DNA of 32,073 nt from positions 1 to 32,073 of the forward strand of contig JAVJQW010000032.1 of the NCBI GenBank assembly GCA_040218735.1, read 5' to 3'. The DNA comes from Deltaproteobacteria bacterium (GTDB taxonomy: Bacteria; Myxococcota; Kuafuiibacteriia; Kuafuiibacteriales; Kuafuiibacteriaceae). The translations under genes were made by a program, and so were the position numbers. Shown in pieces: positions 15,776-24,438 of the stretch; position 1 is the stretch's first letter, and every line of letters begins with the position of its first letter. The notes under the pieces are model-generated. The model was not told the DNA's origin. It made no database searches and saw nothing but the letters and a program-made list of their open reading frames with translations.

Positions 15776-17194
15776 ATGCGTAAGACCCTCGCCCTGTTCG
15801 TAGCCGCCTTCTCGATGCTCATTGCAGCGTTGATCTTCGGGCTGCCCGGTGGACCCGACCCGTCGGGCCCGATCGAAGCCCCCGTTCAGACCCCGCCGAT
15901 CGCTCCGCCGAGCGCCCACGCGCAGGCCACCGCCCACCTCGGTCAGATCGTCACCCTCGATGCCGCGCTCCACGGCGACTACCTGTTCGCCCAGCAGCGC
16001 GAGCGCGTCTCCCTGCTGATGGACCTCAACGCCATCCCGGTCGAGCGCGGGGGCCGCGCGCCGATCAGCGTCGCCGTCGTGATCGATCGCTCCGGCTCGA
16101 TGGCCGGCGACAAGATCCGTCAGGTGCGCCGCGCGGCGAAGACGCTCGTCGAGCGCCTCGCCGACTCCGATCAGATCGCGCTCGTCACGTACGCGAGCGA
16201 CTACGCTGTCGACCTCCCGCTCACGCCGATCGGCGGCCAGCGCGCGCGCATCACCCGCATCATCGACGACATCCTCGACGGCGGCGGCACGAACCTCGCC
16301 GGCGGCATGCAGGCCGGCCTCGACGCGCTGGCGAAGGCGCAGGGCGCGCCGGTGCGTCGCCTGATCCTCCTGTCGGACGGCAACGCGAACCAGGGCATCA
16401 CGGACCCGACCTCCATCGCCGAAATCGCGGCGAGCGCGCGTCAGAAGGGCATCACGATCTCCACGCTCGGCGTCGGCCTCGACTTCAACGAGGACCTGAT
16501 GACGCTCGTCGCGCAGAGCGGCGCGGGCGGCTACTACTACGCACGTAACGCCACCGCCGTCGCCGCCGCGTTCGAGAAGGAGCTCACCGGGCTCGTCGCC
16601 CTCGCGGCGCGCACCGTCGAAGTCGGCCTCGAGCTGAAGCCCGGCGTCACCGTGGCCGAGGTGTACGGGTACCGCACCGAGATGCGCGGCGGACGCCTCG
16701 TGATCCCGGTCGGCGACATGGCCAGCCAGGAGAAGCGCCGCATCATGGTGCAGCTCGACGTGAACCCGACCGAAGCCGGCCCCGTCGGCATCGGCGACGT
16801 CGTCCTCTCCTACCGCAACGCCGCCAACCAGGACGTGCGCGAGCACCGCGCCGCGCTGTCGATGGTCGCGACGGCCTCGCACGACGAGGTCGCCTCGGGC
16901 TTCCGCAGCCACGTCGCCGAGGCGTTCGAGCAGGCGCAGGCCGCGCAGGCGCGTGAGGCCGCTGCGACGCAGCTCATCGCCGGAGACCGCGACGCCGCGA
17001 TCGCGCGGGTGCGTGCGTCGGTGAAGCGTCTCTCGGAGCGCAACGCGAAGCTCAAGAGCGACAAGCTCCAGCAGCAGATCGACGAGATCAACGATGTGCT
17101 CGTCGACTTCGAAGACGTGGACCTGGCGTCCGACGCCGCGAAGGATCTCGTGAAGAGTGAGAAGCTGCGCGCCCGCCAGGTGTTCGTCTACTGA
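15776..17194 (+). CDS. Membrane-anchored/secreted von Willebrand factor A domain protein (YfbK-like)
   Basis: N-terminal hydrophobic helix, MIDAS DRSGSM, GGTNL, LLSDGNAN, Ig-like segment and helical tail. GGGAG RBS. Confidence 0.9.
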   Translation: MRKTLALFVAAFSMLIAALIFGLPGGPDPSGPIEAPVQTPPIAPPSAHAQATAHLGQIVTLDAALHGDYLFAQQRERVSLLMDLNAIPVERGGRAPISVAVVIDRSGSMAGDKIRQVRRAAKTLVERLADSDQIALVTYASDYAVDLPLTPIGGQRARITRIIDDILDGGGTNLAGGMQAGLDALAKAQGAPVRRLILLSDGNANQGITDPTSIAEIAASARQKGITISTLGVGLDFNEDLMTLVAQSGAGGYYYARNATAVAAAFEKELTGLVALAARTVEVGLELKPGVTVAEVYGYRTEMRGGRLVIPVGDMASQEKRRIMVQLDVNPTEAGPVGIGDVVLSYRNAANQDVREHRAALSMVATASHDEVASGFRSHVAEAFEQAQAAQAREAAATQLIAGDRDAAIARVRASVKRLSERNAKLKSDKLQQQIDEINDVLVDFEDVDLASDAAKDLVKSEKLRARQVFVY

Positions 17195-17226
17195 ATGGAA
17201 CGACCGCCCCGACGCGAGGTCCGAAA

Positions 17227-18615
17227 GTGACGAAGACGTCTCCCCCACCCGGCCCGCCCGCGCCTGAAGAAACGAAACCGGTTCGACGCCCTGGCCCACT
17301 CCCGCAGCGCTCGACCGCGCTCGTGAAGCGGCCGCCGGCGGCGCTCGCCGCCTACTCCGACCACGGCAGCCTGCACGGCACGGTGCTGCGCGCGATGGGC
17401 GGCGCGGCCGGCGGGCTCTTGTTGGCGGACCTGATCTCCCGCGCGTTTGCGTTCGGTCTGGCCGACTCCGTCGTGCTCCCGATCGCCGTCGCCGCGGGGG
17501 CGCTCGCGACGGTGGCCTCACGCGGCAAGAAGTGGATCAAGGGTCTGCTCGGCGGCGCGCTCGGCGTCGGTGGCGGCGCGCTCTTCGCGGTCACGGCGCC
17601 GTACTGGTCGCCCTTCGCGGCTCTACTGTATGGGGCGTCGATGGTGCCGATCCTGGCGCCGGAGGAGTCGTGGAAGCGAAAGACGGTGACCGGCATCGTC
17701 GCGGGGGCGCTCGCGTCCGCCGGGGTCTACGTCGGGCAGGTCATCCTGTCGTGGGATCTGTTCGGCGGGATGGTGCCCGGCCCGCTCGCCAGCGCGGCGG
17801 CGGGGGCGGCGGCCGGCCTGTTCGTCGGGCTCGCGGGGGCGCCCAAGCACCTCGCGCGGCCCGCGGACCCGGTCGAGGTCGCGTACCTCGAAGCGCTGAT
17901 GATCAAGGATGGGGAGCTGCACGAGATCCTGCAGCGCACGCTGCAGATCCACCGCGCGGTGCGCGAGGACCTGAAGGTGCGCGAGGACGACAAGGCGGTC
18001 GCGCCGCTGCGTCCGCAGGTCGGTGACATGACGATGCGCATCCTCAGCATCGTGAAGTCGTGCCGCCACATCGAGGCCGACCTCGCGGCCGCGCCCGGGT
18101 ACGAGCTCGAGGACCGGATCGCGGACCTCGAGTCGAAGGCCGGCGCGACGGACGACGCGGCGGCCCAGGCGACGTACCGCTCGGCGATCGAGACCCTCGA
18201 CGCGCAGCGACAGGGCATCGCCGCGATCCAGCGGGGTCGCGAGCGGGTCATCGCGCGGCTGCACGCCAACGTCGCCCTCCTCGAGAAGGTCCGCTTCTCG
18301 CTCGTGCACCTCCGCAGCGCCGACGCCCTGCGGCTGGGCGGGGAATCCTCGCCGGTGACCGAGGCGATCGCGGAGCTGTCGGCCGGGATCGACGCGACCT
18401 CGACGGCGGTGGGTGAGGTCTACGGCCACCCGGACGACGCCCCGGCCCTGTTGGGGCCCGTGGCGGAGGACCGCCTGGAGATCGGGCCCGCGGAGCGGCC
18501 CAAGGCGCGACCCGAGCTGGTCGCCCAGCTCGTCCCCGCGCCCGTAGAAGACCTCGAGGACGCCGAGAGCGTGGATACGGTGCCTCCGCGCGCCGCCGAC
18601 GGACGCGACGCGTAA
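17227..18615 (+). CDS. Membrane protein with ~6 Gly/Ala-rich TM helices and a C-terminal helical/coiled-coil domain
   Basis: Strong GC3 coding frame 32 nt after the vWA gene. Hydrophobic N-half, amphipathic helical C-half. Confidence 0.8.
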   Translation: MTKTSPPPGPPAPEETKPVRRPGPLPQRSTALVKRPPAALAAYSDHGSLHGTVLRAMGGAAGGLLLADLISRAFAFGLADSVVLPIAVAAGALATVASRGKKWIKGLLGGALGVGGGALFAVTAPYWSPFAALLYGASMVPILAPEESWKRKTVTGIVAGALASAGVYVGQVILSWDLFGGMVPGPLASAAAGAAAGLFVGLAGAPKHLARPADPVEVAYLEALMIKDGELHEILQRTLQIHRAVREDLKVREDDKAVAPLRPQVGDMTMRILSIVKSCRHIEADLAAAPGYELEDRIADLESKAGATDDAAAQATYRSAIETLDAQRQGIAAIQRGRERVIARLHANVALLEKVRFSLVHLRSADALRLGGESSPVTEAIAELSAGIDATSTAVGEVYGHPDDAPALLGPVAEDRLEIGPAERPKARPELVAQLVPAPVEDLEDAESVDTVPPRAADGRDA

Positions 18616-18740
18616 TCGCGAACCGACCGACTCCCCTGTTGCATTTATGGGGGCCTTGCCGAACACTCTCGGGGCACTTCTGGTCCGGGTCACTTGGGCG
18701 GGCGACCGCAGGGCCAGCGCTACAGCGGAGGAACCCATAG

Positions 18741-20327
18741 ATGAACATTCGATCCTTGCGCCACGTCGGTCTCGCCGCGTGCTTCGGGATTCTTTCCTGC
18801 ACACCCAGCACGAACGTGCCGGGCAGCAACCTCTACATCGAAGCCGACGACGGCAAGTACCACGGGCCCATGGAGACCATGCGTCTCGAGCTGAGCGCGC
18901 CGATGGTCGAAGTCGCGGAGGCGATCACTGTCCGCGCGACGGGCATCTTCGAGGACGGCACGGCGGTCGACATCGGCGCTTACGTGTACTGGGGCCTCGA
19001 GGGTGAAGGCGTGCAGCTCGGCGACAAGGCCGGCACCGCGATCACCTTGAACGGTATGGCGGTCGGCACGCCGAAGATCACGGCGCAGGTCGGCTCGATC
19101 GTCGGCACGACCGACGTCACGGTCATCCCGGCTTCGCTCCGCGAGATCGCGCTGCAGGGCGCGACGGAGCTCGCGCGTGGCTCGACCACGCCGCTCGTCG
19201 TCAACGGCACGTTCGGCGACGGCAGCACGATGGTCCTCAACGAGATGGCGACCGTGACCGTCTCCGACGAGAGCCTCGTGACGGTCATCGACAACACCAC
19301 GATCTACGGCACCGGCATCGGCACCGTGACGATCAGCGTGACCATCGAAGAGTTCACGGCGACGCACACCGTCAACGTGTTCTGCGCGTACCCCGAGGAC
19401 GCGAGCAACCGCATCTCCGTCGGCGAGACCTTCCCGATGACCACGTGGACGAACGCGGTCTACCCGGACGGCTCGCAGGGCCCGCTGAACCTCGAGGAGG
19501 TCTACTGCGGCGACAACAACAAGTTCGACGGCGTGGACACGCTGTTCTTCCAGGTGTCGGCCGAGTGGTGTGGCCCGTGCCGCAGCTTCCGCAACTACTT
19601 CAACGGCAACCGCGGGATCTTCGACAACAACAAGTCGCAGTTCATCGTGACCGAGATTCGCGACGTTCAGAACGTCGACGTCGTGACGTCGGTGGGCGCG
19701 AGCGAGTCCGTGACGCGTGAGCTCGGCGACGACTGGGGCGTGCGCCTCGGCGACGCGGAGACGACGCCGACGCGCAACCTGTTCAACAACCGCGCGAGCA
19801 TCAGCGTGTTCCCGACGTTCTACGTCGTCCGCAAGAGCGACATGAAGGTCATCGCTTGGTCCGACGAGGACCCGAGCGTGTTCGTGAACGACCACCTGCT
19901 CGACATCCTCCAGAACCCGAACTGGGACTGGTCGGATCTCGACAACCCGATCGAGCAGTTCGTGTCGAACTGCGAGCCGGGGACGGAAGAGAGCTACGAG
20001 CCGAACGACACCGCGCCGCTGGCGAAGGAAGTCGGCGTCTCGCAGATCAACGGCGGCATCTGCACGGACGCGCCGGACTTCTACTTCGTGAACCTGCCCG
20101 GTTCGTGGCGCATCACGCTCGTCACGGAGCCCGAGGTCGCGGACATCGACGTGTACGCGTGGGACGACGCCGCGAACGAGCCGGTCACGAACGGCAACTA
20201 CACGGTGGGCGCCTTCGCCTCGTCGGGCATCGACGACTTCACGCACAGCGGCCCGACCCTCATCAAGGTTCAGGGCAAGCGGTCCAGCGAGAGCGGCCCG
20301 TACACGCTGTACATCGAAGAGCTGTAG
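18741..20327 (+). CDS. Lipoprotein with Ig-like (Big_2-type) repeats, thioredoxin-like domain (WCGPC) and C-terminal PPC-like beta-sandwich
   Basis: GGAGGA RBS, lipobox ILSC, Thr/Val-rich repeats (G.F.DG+), SAEWCGPC with a later cis-Pro-type FPTFYVV, then YEPNDT..DFY..DIDVY..GPYTL. Confidence 0.85.
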   Translation: MNIRSLRHVGLAACFGILSCTPSTNVPGSNLYIEADDGKYHGPMETMRLELSAPMVEVAEAITVRATGIFEDGTAVDIGAYVYWGLEGEGVQLGDKAGTAITLNGMAVGTPKITAQVGSIVGTTDVTVIPASLREIALQGATELARGSTTPLVVNGTFGDGSTMVLNEMATVTVSDESLVTVIDNTTIYGTGIGTVTISVTIEEFTATHTVNVFCAYPEDASNRISVGETFPMTTWTNAVYPDGSQGPLNLEEVYCGDNNKFDGVDTLFFQVSAEWCGPCRSFRNYFNGNRGIFDNNKSQFIVTEIRDVQNVDVVTSVGASESVTRELGDDWGVRLGDAETTPTRNLFNNRASISVFPTFYVVRKSDMKVIAWSDEDPSVFVNDHLLDILQNPNWDWSDLDNPIEQFVSNCEPGTEESYEPNDTAPLAKEVGVSQINGGICTDAPDFYFVNLPGSWRITLVTEPEVADIDVYAWDDAANEPVTNGNYTVGAFASSGIDDFTHSGPTLIKVQGKRSSESGPYTLYIEEL

Positions 20328-20441
20328 AAACGTACGGCTACCCGCGCCGGGTCCGGCTCACCTCCGCGCCGGACCGCGGCCCGCCCTCTCTCCCCCGTCA
20401 TAAACTTGTCCGCGGCGCCGCCCGCAGGTAGATCCGAAGGT

Positions 20442-20879
20442 ATGCGCCTTCGCGTCCTCCTCCTCTCGGTCTTCACCGCCGTCCTCGCCTGGTCCACCCA
20501 CGCCGAGGCGCGCGACAAGAACAGCTGCCAGCAGGCCTGGAGTCAGGCGGTCCGCAGCTACCTGACCACCAACCGAAAGGCGGCGCCGGACGGCACGGTC
20601 CCGAAGGACCTCGACGCCAAGGAGCTCGCCGACCAGGCGTGGCTCGCGTCGTTCTCGGCGGCCTGCGATCTCGAAGCCAACGGCGACAAGGCCGGCGCGC
20701 GCGTCGAAGCGGCGATGATCGGCGTGCAGGTCCTCGCGCGCCTCGACGCCCGCGGCTGCGAGCGCTTCATGCAGTACTACATGGACTCGACCCAGGGCCG
20801 TGACGTCTGCAGCGTCGGCACGACCGCGAGCACCGCCGAGCTCCGCAAGAAGATCGCGTCCGCGATCCCCGGCCGCTGA
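20442..20879 (+). CDS. Small secreted helical protein with 4 Cys, unknown function
   Basis: Signal peptide ending AEA. TGATG-coupled to the next gene. Confidence 0.75.
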   Translation: MRLRVLLLSVFTAVLAWSTHAEARDKNSCQQAWSQAVRSYLTTNRKAAPDGTVPKDLDAKELADQAWLASFSAACDLEANGDKAGARVEAAMIGVQVLARLDARGCERFMQYYMDSTQGRDVCSVGTTASTAELRKKIASAIPGR

Positions 20880-21295
20880 TGGCGCCACGCGCCTACGGGC
20901 TCTGGCACCTTGCGCTCAACGTCCGGGCGCTCGAACCCATGGAGCGCTTCTACGTCGACGTCATGCAGATGGCCGTCGAGTGGCGTCCCGACCCCGAAAA
21001 CGTCTACCTCTCCAGCGGCTTCGACAACCTCGCGCTGCACGTCGTCGAGGGGATGCCGCCACCCGGAACGCTGGGCGCGCTGGACCACCTCGGCTTCTTC
21101 GTCGAGACGCACGAAGACGTGGACGCGTGGCACGCCCACCTCGTCGAACACGGCTTCACGCCCGACAACGCGCCGCGCACCCACCGCGACGGCGCACGCT
21201 CGTTCTACTTCCGCGACCCCGAGGAGAACCGGCTCCAGCTCCTCTGCCACCCGCCGATCCTCGTCGCCGCGAAGCAGGCCGGCCTGAAGCTGTAA
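20879..21295 (+). CDS. VOC (glyoxalase/bleomycin-resistance/dioxygenase) family protein
   Basis: HLALNV..LE.MERFY, LDHLGF, SFYFRDPEENRLQL. Confidence 0.9.
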   Translation: MAPRAYGLWHLALNVRALEPMERFYVDVMQMAVEWRPDPENVYLSSGFDNLALHVVEGMPPPGTLGALDHLGFFVETHEDVDAWHAHLVEHGFTPDNAPRTHRDGARSFYFRDPEENRLQLLCHPPILVAAKQAGLKL

Positions 21296-21339
21296 CCGAT
21301 CGTTGGCGCAGGCCGCCTTTTGGTGTTCAATCGCCGGCC

Positions 21340-21552
21340 GTGGCCACCAAGACGGTCTGGCGATGCATCATCTGTTCGACGGAGGCCGCCGAGCAGCCCC
21401 CGCGACACTGCCCGAACTGCGGGACCCCGGCGGCGCGGTGGCGCATGGTCGTGAACCGCGCGCCGCAGCTCCCCGAAGAGGCGCCGCCGGCCGTGGAGGC
21501 CGAGCAGCTCGAAGGCGCGACCGTGGACGCCGGCGAGGCACCCACGGCGTGA
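21340..21552 (+). CDS. Small rubredoxin-like/zinc-ribbon protein (70 aa)
   Basis: GTG start; WRCIIC-x11-CPNCG plus an acidic tail. Stop overlaps the next start (GTGA). Hidden at the end of ORF 20800-21552. Confidence 0.65.
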   Translation: MATKTVWRCIICSTEAAEQPPRHCPNCGTPAARWRMVVNRAPQLPEEAPPAVEAEQLEGATVDAGEAPTA

Positions 21553-22028
21553 AGGTCGTCCTCCCGCTGAACGTGAACGGCGACGACGTCGAAGTCGCCG
21601 TCCCCCCGCACTGGACGCTCCTCGAGGCGCTCCGGTACGAGCTGGACCTCACCGGGAGCAAACAGGGGTGCGACAAGGGCGACTGCGGCGCCTGCACCGT
21701 CCTCCTCGACGGGCAGCCCATCCTCGCGTGCCTGACCCTCGCGATGCGCGCCCGCGGCGCGCGCGTGGTGACCATCGAGGGCCTGGCGCGAAACGGGCGC
21801 CTCGACCCCGTCCAGGACGCGTTCGACGAGTGTGGGGCGCTCCAGTGCGGATTCTGCCAGAGCGGCATGATGATCTCCGCCCGCGCCCTCCTCGACGAGC
21901 ACGAGGACCCGACCGACGACCAGATGAAGGTCGCGCTGTCCGGAAACCTGTGCCGCTGCACCGGTTATACGAAGATCTTCGACGCGGTGCGCCGCGCGCA
22001 GGCGCTCCAAGAGCGCGACCCGACCTGA
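21549..22028 (+). CDS. (2Fe-2S)-binding small subunit, CoxS/CutS/XdhC family of molybdo-hydroxylases
   Basis: GSKQGCDKGDCGACTV..LAC, QCGFCQSG, GNLCRCTGY. Confidence 0.95.
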   Translation: MKVVLPLNVNGDDVEVAVPPHWTLLEALRYELDLTGSKQGCDKGDCGACTVLLDGQPILACLTLAMRARGARVVTIEGLARNGRLDPVQDAFDECGALQCGFCQSGMMISARALLDEHEDPTDDQMKVALSGNLCRCTGYTKIFDAVRRAQALQERDPT

Positions 22029-22075
22029 TTCCCTCCCCGCCACGCCCAATTGAGTGGCAACATCGTAGAGGTTCC

Positions 22076-24433
22076 ATGGACCTCGGACGCCGCACCCTCA
22101 GCCCCACTCCGTACCTGGCGGTCCTCGGCCTCCTGGGCCTCGGCGCGTGCGCCGAAGTCCCCGCGGCGGCTTGCCCGGACGGCACCACCCTCGCGGAGGG
22201 CGAGCTGTGCCGCCGCGTCTGCAGCCGCGACGACGACTGCCTGCTGACCGAGGTCTGCTCCGCGAGCATCTGCCTGCCAGCGCCCGACGACACGTTCTCG
22301 ATCCGCCGCTTCGACCTCGCGCCCACACGCGTGGGCTCGGGGGAGCCGATCGACGTGCGCTACGTGGTCGTTGGTGCCGAGCGCGTCGAGCTCCTCGTGC
22401 GCCGGCTCGGTGAAGCAGACCAGAGCGTGGCGGTCCTCGGGGAGCACGTCGGCACGGTGCCGTTCATGGACACCCTCGCGAGCGGGACGCTGCTCCTCCG
22501 CGCGACACGCGGCAGCGACACGCTCGAGGAGGGCCGCGCCTTCGAAGTCGACGTCGAGCCGCCCGCGGTTCAGATCGACGTCTTCGAGGCCGACGCCACC
22601 GAGGTCGGCGCCGGCGAGGCGGTCTCCCTGGTCTGGGAGACGACGGGGGCGACCGAGGTCTCCCTCACGGCGAACGAAGCCGACGTCGCGATCAGCGGAG
22701 TCGACGGTCGTACGTCGCAACCGATCCAGCAGACGACGACGTTCCGCCTGACCGCCACCAACGGCACCGCGACCGACGCCGCCGAGGTCACCGTCCGCGT
22801 CATCACGGACAAAAAGCCCGTGATCGTGGCCTTCGATACGAACCGATCCGCGATCGATCCGGGCGACACGGCGGCGCTGTTCTGGGAGGTCGAGAACGCC
22901 GTGCGCGTGGAGGTCAAGGGCGAGGACGGGCGGCCGCTCTACTCGACGACGCACACCCGGCGCGTGATGGACGGTGCTTGGGTGGTCCGCCCGCAGGCGG
23001 CGACGACGTACACGCTCTACGCGTACGGAGCGACCCAAGAGAACGTCACGGCGACGACCCAGGTGTTCGTGGAGCAGCGACCGGCCGTCCCCCAGCTTCG
23101 GAACGTCGAGATCGAACCGCTGTACACCTCGGTGCAGAGCTCGGGGACGATCAGCTGGCAGGTCGACCAGCCCGCCGAGGTCACGATCACCGACCTGAAC
23201 AGCGGCGACGTCACGGTCGCATCCGGCGATAGCTACACCATCCGCAACACTACGGGCGGATTCGACACACGCCAGTTCATCGTGCACGCGAGCAACGAAT
23301 CCGGCGACGCCGAGCAGCTCGTGACGATGTTCCAGGTGGTTCAGGAGGTCGAACCCAACGACATCCCGAACGTGCAGCTGCAGTCGGTGAACAACGTCGC
23401 CATCTCCGGGAACTTGTACGCCGAGGTGCAGAAGGCCGACGTCGACAACTTCGGCCTCGCGCTCGAAGCGGCCGGCGTGATCCGGATCCAGCAACACGAA
23501 CCCTGCGCCGAGGGCGTGCACCTCACGCTGATTCGCGAGGGAAACGAGATCCGACAGTCGTCGTCGACGAACTCGACGTGCGCGCAGATCACCCTCCCCT
23601 CCGCGAACATGGGTCCGTACCGACTCCGCGTCGATCAGACGGCCGCTATGCCGGGCAGCATGGCGAGGCCGTACGTGATTGGCGTCGAAGTCCTCCCCGG
23701 TGCGGTCTGCGGAAACAACCGCATCGAGATGGGCGAGACCTGCGACGACGGCGGACGCGCGAACTTCGACGGCTGCAGCGGTCAGTGCCAGCGCGAAGCA
23801 GGATCGCTGTACACGTCGGCGACGACGATGCGCGCCCCGCCGAACGCCGGGACACCGGTTTCGCTGGAGGCGCTGTCCAGCGGCAACCTCGACGATGCGT
23901 TCATCGTCATCCCGCTGCCCTTCGAGTTCCCGTTCTACGGGCGCCGCTACGGTGCGGTCGTCCTCCACTCGAACGGCTACCTGAGCCTCACCCCCGACTT
24001 CTACGGCGTCCCCGCCGGGCTGCACTCGCCGCTCGGACCGTCGGTCCCGCAGACGACGCTCGCGCTCTTCGCCGCGGACCTGCGCGTCCCGGTCGGCCCG
24101 TCGAGCAGCATCCGCGTGCACCCGTTGTTCGGCGGGGCGAACGGCGACGCGATCGCGTTCACCTTCGAGGGTCTCGAGATGGACGGCAACGCCAACGGTC
24201 GCCTCAGCGGGTCGATCGGCATCGCCTCCAACGGTCAGATCTTCGTGTTCTACGACGAGGTCGGGGACGGGCAGACCACGTTCTACGCGGGCGTCGAGGA
24301 CGACCAAGGTGAGCGCGTCGTCTCGCTCCCGGTGTGTGAAGCCGAGTGCGTCAGCACCGACGCGCTGCTGACCCAGGGCCCGTTCGTCTACGCGCCGCTC
24401 GACCCCGCGGACGCCGGCAACGACGACAACTGA
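22076..24433 (+). CDS. Multidomain surface lipoprotein (Cys-rich N-terminus, Ig-like repeats, EVEPND/PPC-like domain, myxobacterial Cys-rich repeat, nidogen-like C-terminus)
   Basis: AGAGG RBS, lipobox LGAC, CGNNRIEMGETCDDG....DGCS..C, and LDD....IPLPFEFPFYG..Y......SNGYLS. Confidence 0.85.
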   Translation: MDLGRRTLSPTPYLAVLGLLGLGACAEVPAAACPDGTTLAEGELCRRVCSRDDDCLLTEVCSASICLPAPDDTFSIRRFDLAPTRVGSGEPIDVRYVVVGAERVELLVRRLGEADQSVAVLGEHVGTVPFMDTLASGTLLLRATRGSDTLEEGRAFEVDVEPPAVQIDVFEADATEVGAGEAVSLVWETTGATEVSLTANEADVAISGVDGRTSQPIQQTTTFRLTATNGTATDAAEVTVRVITDKKPVIVAFDTNRSAIDPGDTAALFWEVENAVRVEVKGEDGRPLYSTTHTRRVMDGAWVVRPQAATTYTLYAYGATQENVTATTQVFVEQRPAVPQLRNVEIEPLYTSVQSSGTISWQVDQPAEVTITDLNSGDVTVASGDSYTIRNTTGGFDTRQFIVHASNESGDAEQLVTMFQVVQEVEPNDIPNVQLQSVNNVAISGNLYAEVQKADVDNFGLALEAAGVIRIQQHEPCAEGVHLTLIREGNEIRQSSSTNSTCAQITLPSANMGPYRLRVDQTAAMPGSMARPYVIGVEVLPGAVCGNNRIEMGETCDDGGRANFDGCSGQCQREAGSLYTSATTMRAPPNAGTPVSLEALSSGNLDDAFIVIPLPFEFPFYGRRYGAVVLHSNGYLSLTPDFYGVPAGLHSPLGPSVPQTTLALFAADLRVPVGPSSSIRVHPLFGGANGDAIAFTFEGLEMDGNANGRLSGSIGIASNGQIFVFYDEVGDGQTTFYAGVEDDQGERVVSLPVCEAECVSTDALLTQGPFVYAPLDPADAGNDDN

Positions 24434-24438
24434 GCGCC

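Noticed and set aside
15075-15803. ORFs of 242, 213 and 99 aa crossing the tandem repeat
   Set aside because: They are translations of the stop-poor GC-rich repeat, shift frame between units, and overlap cglC and the vWA gene.
15776-17194. Calling the vWA gene cglB
   Set aside because: No lipobox and no cysteines; the architecture is YfbK-like rather than CglB-like.
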